DNA from: Cyanobacteria bacterium P01_D01_bin.156
GTDB taxonomy: Bacteria > Cyanobacteriota > Cyanobacteriia > Phormidesmidales > Phormidesmidaceae
NCBI GenBank assembly: GCA_039024555.1
Contig: JBCCQQ010000001.1
Coordinates: forward strand, 224,001-288,000
Length of the DNA stretch: 64,000 nt
Direction: 5' to 3'
Every line of letters begins with the position of its first letter. Positions within the stretch are counted from its first letter, which is position 1. The position numbers were made by a program, and so were the translations under genes. The notes beneath the pieces were generated by a model. It was given only the letters and a program-made list of their open reading frames with translations. It had not been told where the DNA came from and ran no database searches. This document shows positions 52,838-64,000 of this stretch, piece by piece.

Positions 52838-53428
52838 CTAATTCGACTCAGCCGATGCACGATTGATAAAAGAATCATGAACGGCCATGGCCACGGCTTC
52901 AATGTTGACATCAGGGACATATTCACTAGTCAGTACAACAGTCTGCTGATCTTCGTAACCAATAAATGTGACCAAGGTCCACTGATTAGCATCGGACTCG
53001 TACCACATACGAAACCCCGATTGCCCATCAATGGTTACCAAAGAGTAGCGACGCACAGCAACAGCTTCAGACACAATCTGCTCAAGTCGCTGAGGCACTA
53101 GCACATCCGGATTTTCCCGGACTAAGACAATGTCAGTTCGGATAGTATCCTGAGCACTGACTAACGCAACGCCATATTCATCTTGAAAGGTTACTTGCCA
53201 ATCATCCGGATAACGCACACTCAATTGATCAGATTTGTAGGTGGAAAAATTACTAGGAATAGAGGATGTCTGTTTAGAATTGGACATTCCCTGACCTGTA
53301 AGGGAAACATACTCGTTAGTAGCCCAAGCTGGAACTCCAAAAATGGGCGATATAGCTCCCAGTAGCAGGCTGACAGCACCCATCATCCGTAATAAGAGGC
53401 TGATGATTCGTTGAGTATCGAAAGTCAT
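52838..53428 (-). CDS. exported PsbP/DcrB-fold-like protein
   Basis: Signal peptide ending PAWA; FSTY...SVRYPDDW motif. Confidence 0.6.
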   Translation of the reverse strand: MTFDTQRIISLLLRMMGAVSLLLGAISPIFGVPAWATNEYVSLTGQGMSNSKQTSSIPSNFSTYKSDQLSVRYPDDWQVTFQDEYGVALVSAQDTIRTDIVLVRENPDVLVPQRLEQIVSEAVAVRRYSLVTIDGQSGFRMWYESDANQWTLVTFIGYEDQQTVVLTSEYVPDVNIEAVAMAVHDSFINRASAESN

Positions 53429-53495
53429 GGATGGTTTGCCCTACTAATTCTGTAGCTGACCTGATCGAGCATTTCCTAAGCCTCTTGCTATTGAA

Positions 53496-54251
53496 ATGAG
53501 TCCAGTCAACGTTAAGCCAATTTCTATGAAAGTTTTAAGTGTTTTTTCCACGGTGCCTTCTATAGCAATAGGATTGATGTGTGTAGCTACCGCTGCCGAA
53601 GCTTTTCCTACTTATACGCCTAAACCCCGTGGAATTCCCCAAGTACGAGTTTCAGGAGGAACGCGATCTTCTTTGGGAACCAGCTGCATTAGCAATGGTC
53701 CCAACTCCCAGCTAGTCACGCTGTTTCCTGTAGATGATTTAGGCTACACAACCGACAACTATCCAGCCTTTCAATGGTACATGCCGCGCAACAACGCTAG
53801 TCATGTTGAATTTAATTTGTACGAAGTCATTGATGAAGATAATGGCTTCTACCAACCGGTCTATCAAACAGCCTTTGTCCCCAGTAGCAATGCAGGCATT
53901 GCTACGTTGCAACTCACCCCTGAAACAGGCATAGCTCCTCTGAGTTCGGACAACTATTATTACTGGACAGTAGATGTTTACTGTCCTGATGAGACAACGG
54001 CACTCCTGTCAGCCGAGGGGTTTGTAGAAGTATTTATGCCCGAGCCTGATCTAGCGGGAGCACTGAACAATAGTACAGGTGTGGAGCGAGCTGCGATCGC
54101 AGCCGAAAACAGTCTTTGGTTTGATGCCACCCAGGCTCTAACGGAACAGCTACAGTCCACACCGAACGATCCCCAGGTCCTAGAAAGCTGGCAAATATTA
54201 TTGGAATCTATCGGGCTAGAGAATATTGTCACAGCACCTCTACTCCCCTAA
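53496..54251 (+). CDS. DUF928 domain exported protein
   Basis: Signal peptide; RVSGGTR..C, YPAFQWYMP, YYWTV, SLWFDA, WQILLESIGL. Confidence 0.85.
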   Translation: MSPVNVKPISMKVLSVFSTVPSIAIGLMCVATAAEAFPTYTPKPRGIPQVRVSGGTRSSLGTSCISNGPNSQLVTLFPVDDLGYTTDNYPAFQWYMPRNNASHVEFNLYEVIDEDNGFYQPVYQTAFVPSSNAGIATLQLTPETGIAPLSSDNYYYWTVDVYCPDETTALLSAEGFVEVFMPEPDLAGALNNSTGVERAAIAAENSLWFDATQALTEQLQSTPNDPQVLESWQILLESIGLENIVTAPLLP

Positions 54252-54375
54252 ACCCAAGCGTCAAGGCTACAAGCAAGACCTACCAATATCCCTGGGATGC
54301 TGATTACGAAGCCAAGGGGACGTTGATATTTGTTACAGTTTATGAACGCCCTTAACGTTAGTAATCTCACTAGCC

Positions 54376-56097
54376 ATGCTCCGTCTCGAAAATATTAGTA
54401 AGGTCTATCCCACTGGAGAAGTACTGCGAGACGTCACCTGGGAAGTCAAACCTGGAAATCGCATCGGCCTAGTGGGGGTCAATGGTGCCGGTAAATCGAC
54501 CCAACTTAAAATCATCATGGGGGAGATTGAAGCGACCACTGGCCATGTCATTCGCCCCAGCGAGCTGCACATCGGCTACCTCAACCAGGAGTTTGAGGTC
54601 GATCCCCGTCACACTGTACGAGAAGAATTCTGGACTGTTTTTGAAGAAGCCAACGCAGTCCAACATCAGCTAGCAGAGATTCCCATACGCATGGAGTCTG
54701 CGGATCCAAACGAGTTAGAAAAACTTATCAAAGCTCTGGACCGCGAACAGCGAAAATTTGAGGCCCTCAATGGTTACGGCTTAGAGTCGAAAATTGAAAA
54801 GATTTTGCCCGACATGGGGTTTAACAACGATGATGGAGAACGACTGGTAAGCTCTTTCAGCGGTGGTTGGCAAATGCGTATGGGCCTAGGCAAAGTTATG
54901 CTCAAGGCACCTGACTTGCTGCTATTAGACGAGCCCACAAACCATCTAGACCTGGAAACCATTGAGTGGCTAGAAAATTACCTCAAAGGCCTGACCACAC
55001 CCATGGTGATTGTGTCCCATGACCGGGAGTTTTTAGATCGGCTATGCACCCAAATCGTCGAAACAGAACGAGGGGTATCCACCACTTATCTAGGCAACTA
55101 CAGTACCTATCTAGCCCAAAAGGCAGAGACCAAACTAGCCCAGCAAGCCACCTACGACCGACAGCAGAAAGAAATTGCAAAACAGCAAATCTTTGTCGAT
55201 CGTTTTCGCGCCAGTGCTACCCGTAGTACCCAAGCCAAGAGCCGTGAGAAGCAGCTGGAAAAAATAGAGCTAGTAGACGCTCCTATTTCTGATGTTAGAA
55301 CCTTGCAGTTTAAGTTTCCTCCTGCACCTCGCAGCGGGCGAGAAGTTGTTCAGATTAGCGATCTCACCCATACCTATGGGGACAATATTTTATTTTTAGG
55401 TGCAGAGCTTTTAATCGAACGGGGCGATCGTATTGCTTTTGTCGGTCCTAATGGCGCAGGAAAATCTACACTGCTACGCTTAATTATGGGATTAGAAACT
55501 CCCGATGAAGGCAACGCAACATTGGGTGACCACAATGTGATCCCAAGCTACTTCGAACAAAATCAGGCTGAAGCCTTAGATCTTGAAAAAACCGTTATAG
55601 CGACAATCCATGACGAAGTGCCCACGTGGAAAAACGAAGAAGTCCGGACTCTTTTAGGCCGGTTCTTATTTAGTGGTGACATGGTCAGTAAGTCCGTTAA
55701 GGCCCTGAGTGGTGGGGAAAAAGCCCGATTAGCTCTAGCTAAAATGTTACTTGCACCCGCCAACCTTATGATTTTAGATGAGCCCACCAATCATCTGGAC
55801 ATTCCTGCGAAGGAAATGCTGGAATCAGCATTGAAAGGATATGACGGCACAGTACTCATTGTTTCCCACGACCGATTTTTTATTTCCCAAGTGGCCAACA
55901 AAATTGTAGAAATTCGGGATGGTGAGCTTCGACTCTATCGCGGCGACTATAGCTACTATCTTGAGAAGATTGCTGAAGAAAAAGAACGAGCTAGGTTACA
56001 AAAACTAGAAGCTGAGCGAGCAGCAAAAACTGCCGCCAAACGTCAAAAGCAGAAAGAAAAACAAAAGGCAAAAGCGGCTACTAAAAAGAAAAAGTAG
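54376..56097 (+). CDS. ABC-F family ATPase (ribosome-associated)
   Basis: Two ABC domains (GVNGAGKST/FSGGW, GPNGAGKST/LSGGE), LDEPTNHLD twice, no TM. Confidence 0.95.
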   Translation: MLRLENISKVYPTGEVLRDVTWEVKPGNRIGLVGVNGAGKSTQLKIIMGEIEATTGHVIRPSELHIGYLNQEFEVDPRHTVREEFWTVFEEANAVQHQLAEIPIRMESADPNELEKLIKALDREQRKFEALNGYGLESKIEKILPDMGFNNDDGERLVSSFSGGWQMRMGLGKVMLKAPDLLLLDEPTNHLDLETIEWLENYLKGLTTPMVIVSHDREFLDRLCTQIVETERGVSTTYLGNYSTYLAQKAETKLAQQATYDRQQKEIAKQQIFVDRFRASATRSTQAKSREKQLEKIELVDAPISDVRTLQFKFPPAPRSGREVVQISDLTHTYGDNILFLGAELLIERGDRIAFVGPNGAGKSTLLRLIMGLETPDEGNATLGDHNVIPSYFEQNQAEALDLEKTVIATIHDEVPTWKNEEVRTLLGRFLFSGDMVSKSVKALSGGEKARLALAKMLLAPANLMILDEPTNHLDIPAKEMLESALKGYDGTVLIVSHDRFFISQVANKIVEIRDGELRLYRGDYSYYLEKIAEEKERARLQKLEAERAAKTAAKRQKQKEKQKAKAATKKKK

Positions 56098-56622
56098 TTG
56101 CAACTTTTTAAGTATATAGACGGTTACTAAACCTTGATAGGTATTAATAACCAGGTAGTTTCAATGCTCCCGAAGCTTTTCTGAAGTTATAGTCATCATC
56201 AGCCATATTGTCGTAGTCTGACCGTAGATATACGGATTAGATTCAAGCTAGAGTAACATTCAAATCCTTTCTTCAGAGTCGTAATCATCTGAGAGAGCCC
56301 ATATTGGATGAGTGTAATTACTCATTGACTGACTCCAAATGAATACTCAATGGTAATAGTTAAGTTCGTAAGCTCATTATTCAGTTTTAGTTAGCAAAGC
56401 TTAGATTTAAGCTGTTTGAATTGTTTCAGTTTAAGTCTCAGGTCCCATGGACAACAGTATTCACTAGAGTCAAGCACACAACCTTTGGGTATTAGCTTTC
56501 CTGCATACCCTTGTCATAATATAAACGGCATTAAGAAAACCTTAAATATTTCAGAAAGCGAGTGATATGATCTCGCTAAGCAAAAGGCACAATCGTTCAC
56601 AATCGCAAGAGGAATCGTAAGT

Positions 56623-58221
56623 ATGGCAGAGGAGTCTGTTTCTCCAATGGTGCTTGTCATCCTAGATGGATGGGGGCATCGCGATGAGGACAACGGGAAT
56701 GCAATCAGCAATGCAAGGACACCTGTTATTGATAGCCTTTGGACAGCCTATCCCCACACTCTGATTCAGACATCAGGCCGACATGTCGGTTTACCTGAGG
56801 GCCAAATGGGTAACTCCGAAGTCGGTCATTTAAACATTGGCGCAGGTCGTATCGTGCCCCAGGAGCTTGTCCGTATTTCTGATGCCGTTGAAGATGGTTC
56901 CATTCAAGAGAACCCAGCCTTACTAGATGTATGTCAGAAGGTTCGCTATAACGGTGGCAAGCTTCATCTGATTGGTTTGTGCTCCGAAGGTGGAGTTCAC
57001 TCACACTTAAACCATTTGCTAGGTCTCTTGGATATGGCAAAGGTCCAAGATATCCAGGAGATTTGTATTCACGCGGTTACAGACGGACGTGATACTCAAC
57101 CTACCGCTGCCCCATCGGCTATTGAAAAAATCCAAAATCACCTTGATACCATCGGCGTTGGCCGTATCGTTACCCTGAGCGGCCGATACTATGCAATGGA
57201 TAGAGACCGCCGCTGGGATCGTGTTGAAAAAGTTTACAGAGTCATGACCAGCGCAGATGAAGGCAATGGGATGACTGCACTAGAGGCGGTACAGGCAGCT
57301 TACAGTGCCAACACTACAGATGAATTTATTGAGCCGGTACGGCTAGCACCTGGGGCCGTTGAAGCTAACGATGGTGTTGTATTTTTTAACTTCCGTCCCG
57401 ATCGTGCTCGTCAGTTAACTCAAGCATTTATGGAGACCGAGTTTACTGGGTTTGAGAGACAACAGCTGAAACCTCTACACTTTGTCACGATGACTCAGTA
57501 TGATTCAGCATTGTCAGCTCAGATTGCATTTGCGCCACAAAATCTCAGCAATATTCTTGGAGAAGTGGTTGCCAATTATGGTTTGAAACAGTTTCGTACT
57601 GCCGAAACTGAAAAATATGCCCATGTTACTTATTTCTTTAACGGTGGACGTGAAGACCCCTTTGATGGTGAGGAACGAGAACTCATTTCCAGTCCTCAGG
57701 TAGCGACCTATGACAAAGCGCCAGCCATGTCTGCTAAGGCGGTGACGGATACGGCGATTACTGCAGTAAATAAGAAAAAATATGGCCTAGTTGTCATCAA
57801 CTATGCCAACCCTGATATGGTTGGCCACACAGGCAATATGGATGCCACAATTCAGGCTCTAGAATCTGTTGATGTACAGCTAGGTCGTTTGTTAGATGCA
57901 GTCGGCCAGGCAGGTGGAACGACCATTATCATTGCAGATCACGGTAATGCTGAGTATATGTGGGACAAAGACGGTAATCCCTGGACTGCCCATACAACGA
58001 ATCCGGTACCGTTTATCTTAGTGGAAGGGGAGCGATTAAAAGTTCCGGGTCGTGGTGGTGATGTAGATCTACGCTCCGATGGATGTCTAGCGGATATTGC
58101 TCCCACAATTTTGGAGATTCTACAATTGCCTCAACCTCCAGAAATGACAGGTAAATCGATGCTCCAGCCTGCACGGGTGGATGTAAAACGCAATCGAACA
58201 CCGGTCAAGGTATCACTGTAG
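56623..58221 (+). CDS. gpmI: 2,3-bisphosphoglycerate-independent phosphoglycerate mutase
   Basis: ILDGWG, MGNSEVGH, GRYYAMDRD, AETEKYAHVT. Confidence 0.97.
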   Translation: MAEESVSPMVLVILDGWGHRDEDNGNAISNARTPVIDSLWTAYPHTLIQTSGRHVGLPEGQMGNSEVGHLNIGAGRIVPQELVRISDAVEDGSIQENPALLDVCQKVRYNGGKLHLIGLCSEGGVHSHLNHLLGLLDMAKVQDIQEICIHAVTDGRDTQPTAAPSAIEKIQNHLDTIGVGRIVTLSGRYYAMDRDRRWDRVEKVYRVMTSADEGNGMTALEAVQAAYSANTTDEFIEPVRLAPGAVEANDGVVFFNFRPDRARQLTQAFMETEFTGFERQQLKPLHFVTMTQYDSALSAQIAFAPQNLSNILGEVVANYGLKQFRTAETEKYAHVTYFFNGGREDPFDGEERELISSPQVATYDKAPAMSAKAVTDTAITAVNKKKYGLVVINYANPDMVGHTGNMDATIQALESVDVQLGRLLDAVGQAGGTTIIIADHGNAEYMWDKDGNPWTAHTTNPVPFILVEGERLKVPGRGGDVDLRSDGCLADIAPTILEILQLPQPPEMTGKSMLQPARVDVKRNRTPVKVSL

Positions 58222-58383
58222 GGTACTTAACCCTGTTGAATGGTCCTACCAGGGGAAGGTCAACAATCTGGGTCGCCATGGCATCCTCCCCTGAGGTAGG
58301 ATAGGTTGGCACTAACGTTCGTGGGTAGTAGCCCTCAAAGTTGGTAGTTATTAAAGCAAGAATAGTCGGGCTGAAAATTTGCA

Positions 58384-58731
58384 ATGGTAGTGTCGGTTTT
58401 GCAGGTGGTATGGCTAGTGTCTGCCATTGGGTTAATTATTTTAGTGCTATTTCACAGCCCTAAGGGGGATGGTCTAGGTGCTTTAGGTGGTCAAGCTCAG
58501 ATGTTTACCAGTACCAAAAGTGCTGAAACAGCCTTAAATCGAGCAACCTGGCTGCTTACTATTCTCTTTATGGGAATTACGGTGATCTTGAGTGCAGGTT
58601 GGTTGGATAATCCCATCGCCGAGCTTCCAACACCTGTGGATACGGTACCCATTGAAGAAACAGCACCTGCTGTACAAACGGTCCCATCTGATTTAACTGC
58701 CCCTGAGACGTCTGGAGAAACCGCTGAATAG
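58384..58731 (+). CDS. secG: preprotein translocase SecG with C-terminal extension
   Basis: LVLFHSPKGDGLG..GGQAQMF..TKSAE..LNR.TW. Confidence 0.93.
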   Translation: MVVSVLQVVWLVSAIGLIILVLFHSPKGDGLGALGGQAQMFTSTKSAETALNRATWLLTILFMGITVILSAGWLDNPIAELPTPVDTVPIEETAPAVQTVPSDLTAPETSGETAE

Positions 58732-58761
58732 TCAACGCTTTTTCTACTCTGCCACTCATCA

Positions 58762-58875
58762 CATATAGAGCGAAGCGGCACCCAGATTATTTGGGTGCCG
58801 CTTCGCTCTATATGGTGGAAAAAGTCTGATTTCTCAAGGGGCTACATAGAATGTATCCCCTTGAGAAATCAGACT
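58762..58875. terminator. two tandem long hairpins between convergent secG and tkt
   Basis: 23-bp arms at 58762-58814 and 19-bp arms at 58823-58875. Confidence 0.75.
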
Positions 58876-58878
58876 GAC

Positions 58879-60876
58879 TTAGAGTGATTTAGCACGAGCT
58901 ACTACATTCTCAACGGTGTAGCCAAACTCTTGCATAATGCGACCACCGGGGGCAGAAGCACCAAAACCAGGCACGCTGATCATGTCACCTTCAGCACCGT
59001 AGTACTTGCCCCAGCCCATCTCAATCCCAGCTTCTACGACAAGGCGTTTGGTCACTGATTTGGGTAGAACAGATTCCTTATAGGCTGCATCTTGGGCTTC
59101 AAATAGTTCCCAACAGGGCATTGAAACCACACGCACTTTCTTGCCTGCGGCACGCAGCTCTTTCGCGGCATCGAGGCAAAGGGTAACTTCACTACCAGTG
59201 CCGATCAAAATCAGCTCAGCACCATCTTCATCAGAAATGATGTAAGCACCCTTAGCCACACTATCGATGGAACTACCCTCTAGCTGAGGTAGGTTCTGAC
59301 GGGAGAAGGCCATCAGCGTGGGAGTTTTGCGGCTTGCGACTGCAACCTTGTACGCACCAGACGTTTCATTGCCATCTGCCGGGCGAATCACATAAAGGTT
59401 AGGAATTGCTCGCAGAGACGCAATGGTTTCCACTGGCTGGTGGGTAGGGCCATCTTCACCTAAAGCGATGGAATCATGGGTCATCACATATAGAACACCC
59501 GCCTGGGATAGGGCCGATAGCCGAATGGCAGCACGCATATAGTCAGCGAAGACTAGGAAGGTAGCACAGTAGGGAATTAAACCGGAGTTGTGCAGAGCAA
59601 TGCCGTTACATATGGCACCCATCCCGTGCTCTCGCACGCCGAAACGCAGATTGCGGTTTTCGTAGGCACCCTTCTGGAAGTCGCCAGAAATCTTCATGAG
59701 GGTGTTGTTGGACTTAGCCAGGTCTGCGGAACCACCTACCAATTCAGGTAGCGCAGGAGCTAAGGCGTTCAATGTAGCCTCAGATGTTTTGCGAGTGGCA
59801 ATGGCTTTATCACCAGGGGCATAGGTGGGCAGTGCATCCGCCCAGTTAGAGGGCAGTTCACCCGTCAACATGCGCTCGAATTCAGCCGCTTCAGCTGCAT
59901 ACTTAGTGCGATAAGTGGCCAGGGTCTGATTCCATTCAGCTTCAGCGCTTGCACCTTTCTCCACAGCCTGACGGAAGCGACCTAGAACATCCTCAGGAAC
60001 TTCAAACGGCGCGTGCTCCCAGCCTAGGTTCTTACGGGTTAGGTCAATTTCTGTGTCACCTAGAGCCGCACCGTGTACACCAGAGGTGTCAGCCATATTG
60101 GGAGAACCATAACCAATGGTGGTGGTCACCTTGATCATGGTGGGCTTATCGGTGACTTTCTTAGCTTCTTCAATAGCGGCTGCGATCGCAGTCAAGTCAG
60201 TATTACCATCTTCCACATGGAGCACATGCCAGCCATAGGCTTCAAAGCGCTTGCTGACATCTTCAGTGAAAGCAATATCAGTAGAGCCATCAATAGAAAT
60301 ATGGTTATCGTCGTAAAGGGCAATGAGTTTACCCAGACCCAGGTGACCCGCTAGAGAACATGCCTCACCAGAAACGCCCTCCATATTGCAACCATCACCC
60401 AGGATGACATAGGTGTAATGATCCACCAACGTACAGTCAGGCTTATTGAAGCGAGCAGCCAGGTGGGCTTCAGCCATAGCTAGGCCAACACCATTACAAA
60501 TACCCTGACCTAAAGGACCTGTCGTGACCTCAACGCCGGGAGTTTCAAAATTTTCAGGGTGCCCAGGAGTGGTTGCGCCCCACTGACGGAAGTTCTTGAT
60601 ATCCTCAATCTTGACACTGTCATAACCAGTAAGATGAAGCAGTGCATACTGCAACATACAACCGTGGCCAGCAGACAGGACAAAACGATCCCGGTTAAAC
60701 CACTGAGGATTCTTAGGATTGAACTGCATAAATTGGTCCCATAGGACAAACGCCATGGGCGCTGCCCCCATGGGTAGACCAGGGTGACCAGATTTAGCCT
60801 TTTCAACAGCATCAATTGCCAAAAACCGAATGGCATTTATGCACTGCGTTTCAAGAGATTGGGTTGCGACAGCCAT
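58879..60876 (-). CDS. tkt: transketolase
   Basis: [31 protein letters not shown]. Confidence 0.98.
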   Translation of the reverse strand: MAVATQSLETQCINAIRFLAIDAVEKAKSGHPGLPMGAAPMAFVLWDQFMQFNPKNPQWFNRDRFVLSAGHGCMLQYALLHLTGYDSVKIEDIKNFRQWGATTPGHPENFETPGVEVTTGPLGQGICNGVGLAMAEAHLAARFNKPDCTLVDHYTYVILGDGCNMEGVSGEACSLAGHLGLGKLIALYDDNHISIDGSTDIAFTEDVSKRFEAYGWHVLHVEDGNTDLTAIAAAIEEAKKVTDKPTMIKVTTTIGYGSPNMADTSGVHGAALGDTEIDLTRKNLGWEHAPFEVPEDVLGRFRQAVEKGASAEAEWNQTLATYRTKYAAEAAEFERMLTGELPSNWADALPTYAPGDKAIATRKTSEATLNALAPALPELVGGSADLAKSNNTLMKISGDFQKGAYENRNLRFGVREHGMGAICNGIALHNSGLIPYCATFLVFADYMRAAIRLSALSQAGVLYVMTHDSIALGEDGPTHQPVETIASLRAIPNLYVIRPADGNETSGAYKVAVASRKTPTLMAFSRQNLPQLEGSSIDSVAKGAYIISDEDGAELILIGTGSEVTLCLDAAKELRAAGKKVRVVSMPCWELFEAQDAAYKESVLPKSVTKRLVVEAGIEMGWGKYYGAEGDMISVPGFGASAPGGRIMQEFGYTVENVVARAKSL

Positions 60877-61420
60877 AGTTTTCCAAGTAGTTAACGACGG
60901 TACAGTCTAGGTGTGAAAAGCAGAGGAACGAACCTTTGCTAATGGTGATGGCGGTTAGCAGCCAAAACCAAACGCCTCCAGCCCAAAAGGGCTCATGATA
61001 GGCATTCATTTAAGCGGCGTTGCTGACTCGGTGTGGCTTTGTCCATAAGGCTCTGTGAATTCCAGGCTATACAAACCAGTTCATTTCCCAGAACAGCAAC
61101 AGCATCTAAGCAACTATGGAGATAACGGCAAAAGGCCCTAAAACCTCCATAGCTCTGTGGAAAAAGAGTCCACAGACAACAGTTTGGAGAAGGCAATAGT
61201 CACTCACCTACCAACGTCAGCTGCCAAAAGATATTCATTGATGAATATCTACCAAACAACTGGGTCAAAGGAAAGATGCTGGCCTAAGCCCATACCGCAG
61301 CTATCGAGAACATCTACTATATGTAGAATGAATCAATAGATTAAGTTACCTAATAACAGGCAAACTTTTCGTTTTACTTAATGTTTTCCGTTAGGTCATT
61401 ATACCTATCAAGCTGTAGCA

Positions 61421-62680
61421 CTAGCTACGATACTTGCGAAAAACTAAGGTGACATTATGACCACCAAAGCCAAAAGAATTAGACATTGCCACATCTACTA
61501 TTTGGGCGCGACTTTGGTTTGGCACGTAGTCTAAATCACAATCAGCATCAGGTTCCTGCAAGTTGATTGTGGGCGGTACATGATCGTTTGCCACCGCCAT
61601 ACAGGTGGCTACACCTTCAATTCCCCCAGAGCCACCTAACAGATGCCCCGTCATAGATTTAGTGGAACTAATGGCAACCTTTTTAGCGTGTTCTCCTAAA
61701 GCCGTTTTAATAGCAGCTGTTTCAGTTGGGTCATTAGCAGGAGTGCTGGTACCGTGAGCATTAACATAACTCACTTCCGATGGAGCTATGCCAGCATCTT
61801 TAAGTGCTAGCGACATGGAGCGTGCGGCTCCTGCACCACCCGGTACAGGGGCAGTCATATGATAAGCATCACAGGTCATGCCATATCCAACCATCTCTCC
61901 ATAGATGCGAGCACCACGGCTCAAGGCATGTTCTAACTCCTCTAGAATTAGGACACCGGCACCTTCACCCATCACGAATCCGTCTCGATCTTTATCAAAA
62001 GGGCGACTAGCGTGGTCAGGGTCGTCATTACGAGTCGACAGTGCTCTCGCTGAAGCAAACCCGGCAAAGGATAGAGGAGTGATAGCGGCTTCTGTACCAC
62101 CGCAAATCATGGCCTGAGCATAGCCATTTTGAACAATGCGAAACGCATCGCCGATGGCATTAGAACCGGCAGCACAAGCCGTAACAGCACAGGAGTTAGG
62201 TCCTTTAGCGCCTGTGTGGATGGCTGTTAATCCTGCCGCCATATTGGCGATCATCATTGGCACCATAAAGGGGCTACAGCGACTGGGCCCCTTATTTAGG
62301 TAAACAGTCTGCTGTTCTTCCATCACCTTGAGACCGCCTACACCCGTGCCAATCATGACACCCACTTGCTCTGCGTTGAGATCAGTGATAGTTAGCTGGG
62401 CATCGACTAGGGCCTGTTTACTAGCTGCGATCGCAAACTGAGCAAACCGGTCGGTCCGTTTCGCATCCTTAGCATCCATATATTCTAGTGGGTCAAACCC
62501 TTTGACCTCACCAGCAATACGGCACTTATGCTTTGACGCATCAAAAAATGTGATCGGGCCAATGCCACTCTTACCAGCTAACAATCCTTGCCAGTAGGCT
62601 TCTAAGGTATTACCGATGGGAGTTAGCGCACCCATCCCTGTAATCACAACGCGTTTTTTGTCAGTACTTGTCATGGTCAT
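61421..62680 (-). CDS. fabF: beta-ketoacyl-ACP synthase II
   Basis: TACAAG, NAHGTST, KSMTGHLLG, SNSFGFGG. Confidence 0.98.
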   Translation of the reverse strand: MTMTSTDKKRVVITGMGALTPIGNTLEAYWQGLLAGKSGIGPITFFDASKHKCRIAGEVKGFDPLEYMDAKDAKRTDRFAQFAIAASKQALVDAQLTITDLNAEQVGVMIGTGVGGLKVMEEQQTVYLNKGPSRCSPFMVPMMIANMAAGLTAIHTGAKGPNSCAVTACAAGSNAIGDAFRIVQNGYAQAMICGGTEAAITPLSFAGFASARALSTRNDDPDHASRPFDKDRDGFVMGEGAGVLILEELEHALSRGARIYGEMVGYGMTCDAYHMTAPVPGGAGAARSMSLALKDAGIAPSEVSYVNAHGTSTPANDPTETAAIKTALGEHAKKVAISSTKSMTGHLLGGSGGIEGVATCMAVANDHVPPTINLQEPDADCDLDYVPNQSRAQIVDVAMSNSFGFGGHNVTLVFRKYRS

Positions 62681-62741
62681 CGACACAAGGGGAAGGGTCC
62701 CAAGGCATTAAAAAACAGATTTTCAAACAACATAGAAGGGC

Positions 62742-62984
62742 TTAAGCTGCCGACTTCTTCTGAATAAAGTCAACTGCTGCTTGAACTGTCCCAATGGACT
62801 CAGCTGCCTCATCTGGAATCTCAATATCAAATTCTTCTTCAAGTGCCATAACCAACTCCACAGTGTCTAGGGAGTCGGCACCTAAGTCATTAGCAAAGCT
62901 TGCCTCGGCCTTTACTTCGGCCACATCTACACCAAGCTGCTCGGATACAATTTTTTGAACTTTTCCCAAAATGTCGTCAGCCAT
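62742..62984 (-). CDS. acpP: acyl carrier protein
   Basis: [20 protein letters not shown]. Confidence 0.98.
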   Translation of the reverse strand: MADDILGKVQKIVSEQLGVDVAEVKAEASFANDLGADSLDTVELVMALEEEFDIEIPDEAAESIGTVQAAVDFIQKKSAA

Positions 62985-63280
62985 AATCTCCTAATTTCCT
63001 TTTCAGCCGCAGCAAAAAACAGGTGCTAAATCCAAACTCGGAACTCTCCAGAACGGCAAATCATCCAGCAGGATTTAGACATTTTTTCATCTTATAGGAA
63101 AGCGTGCGTCCTACATGGAAACCCAGCCGCTACATTTAGCTGCGTTGAGAGCATGTGCAAGTAAAACCTTAGAAAACAAATTAGAGGTCACCCCTTACTC
63201 CACTTCCTGATCATTTTCGATTATCCAGCGGTGCTTCAATAGTGTGAATAGAGATACCCACAGAACATGGAGAAGGGTTT

Positions 63281-63298
63281 ATTACAATCCATAAACTT
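63281..63298 (+). promoter_or_regulatory. HLR1-like (RpaB) site upstream of psaC
   Basis: ATTACAAT-CC-ATAAACTT, about 37 nt upstream of a TAGACT -10 candidate at 63335. Confidence 0.5.
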
Positions 63299-63495
63299 TT
63301 TAGATGTTGCTCCGTTCGCAAAAAACGGCACTGATAGACTGAAACTTGATTGGAGAACTCTTTTGGCTAGTTTTGACTAATGTAACTGAATCTTCATTAG
63401 AGACCATTGAGATCTATTTTGGATGCTTTTGTCTTTTATGGGTTAGTACATGGGGTTATGAGCCAAACCGCTATATAGCTGAAACCGTTTAATAA

Positions 63496-63759
<264 letters not shown>

Positions 63760-63797
63760 CTATTAATTTGATAGCAATTTTCACTCGAAACGTTTAC

Positions 63798-63832
63798 ATA
63801 CTCTTGGCCCTCTGGGCTAAGAGTATTTTTTT
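63798..63832 (+). terminator. intrinsic terminator after psaC
   Basis: atactcttggccc-tct-gggctaagagtat followed by a T-run. Confidence 0.75.
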
Positions 63833-64000
63833 ATGAATGCTCCTGGGAATGATTATGAACTACAGCTTGGCGCATATAGTCCAAAACATCAGTGAGCGCT
63901 AAAAGCATTAAATAGCAGCATCTATGTGCGCAGGGCAAATTTGCGTACAGCCACCAAGCTACCTAAGAGACCCACTAAGCTGCCTAATATGAATAGCGCA

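Noticed and set aside
56100..56620. AT-rich 520-bp gap before gpmI
   Set aside because: No convincing ORF, repeat or RNA structure; probably promoter region

Overview
Core chromosomal region of a cyanobacterium (psaC, psb27, ndhF1/ndhN, CP12, ldpA, and about 18 HIP1 GCGATCGC octamers). No CRISPR array, rRNA, tRNA, transposase or prophage was seen. The window is dominated by the ribosomal-protein supercluster, which is split here. rplC to infA lies on the minus strand (15288-26425) and rpmJ-rpsM-rpsK-rpoA-rplQ-truA-rplM-rpsI-rpmE-prfA on the plus strand (31227-37352), with ndhN-ldpA-ycf45-psb27 in between. A single inversion of about 16 kb between infA and rpmJ would produce this pattern. Other points of interest: (1) an NdhR/CcmR regulator head-to-head with a chromate-family (CHR) anion transporter across an exact ATAG-N8-CTAT box; (2) an unannotated 42-aa AtpTheta-like small protein with its own promoter and hairpin; (3) a candidate ~65-nt trans-acting sRNA; (4) very long perfect palindromes (arms up to 37 bp) between genes; (5) an M48 protease homologue lacking zinc ligands; (6) an orphan anti-sigma factor behind an ECF-type promoter; (7) a short HmpF-N-terminal-like protein; (8) several RpaB (HLR1)-like boxes. 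All family assignments come from recalled motifs, not database searches.
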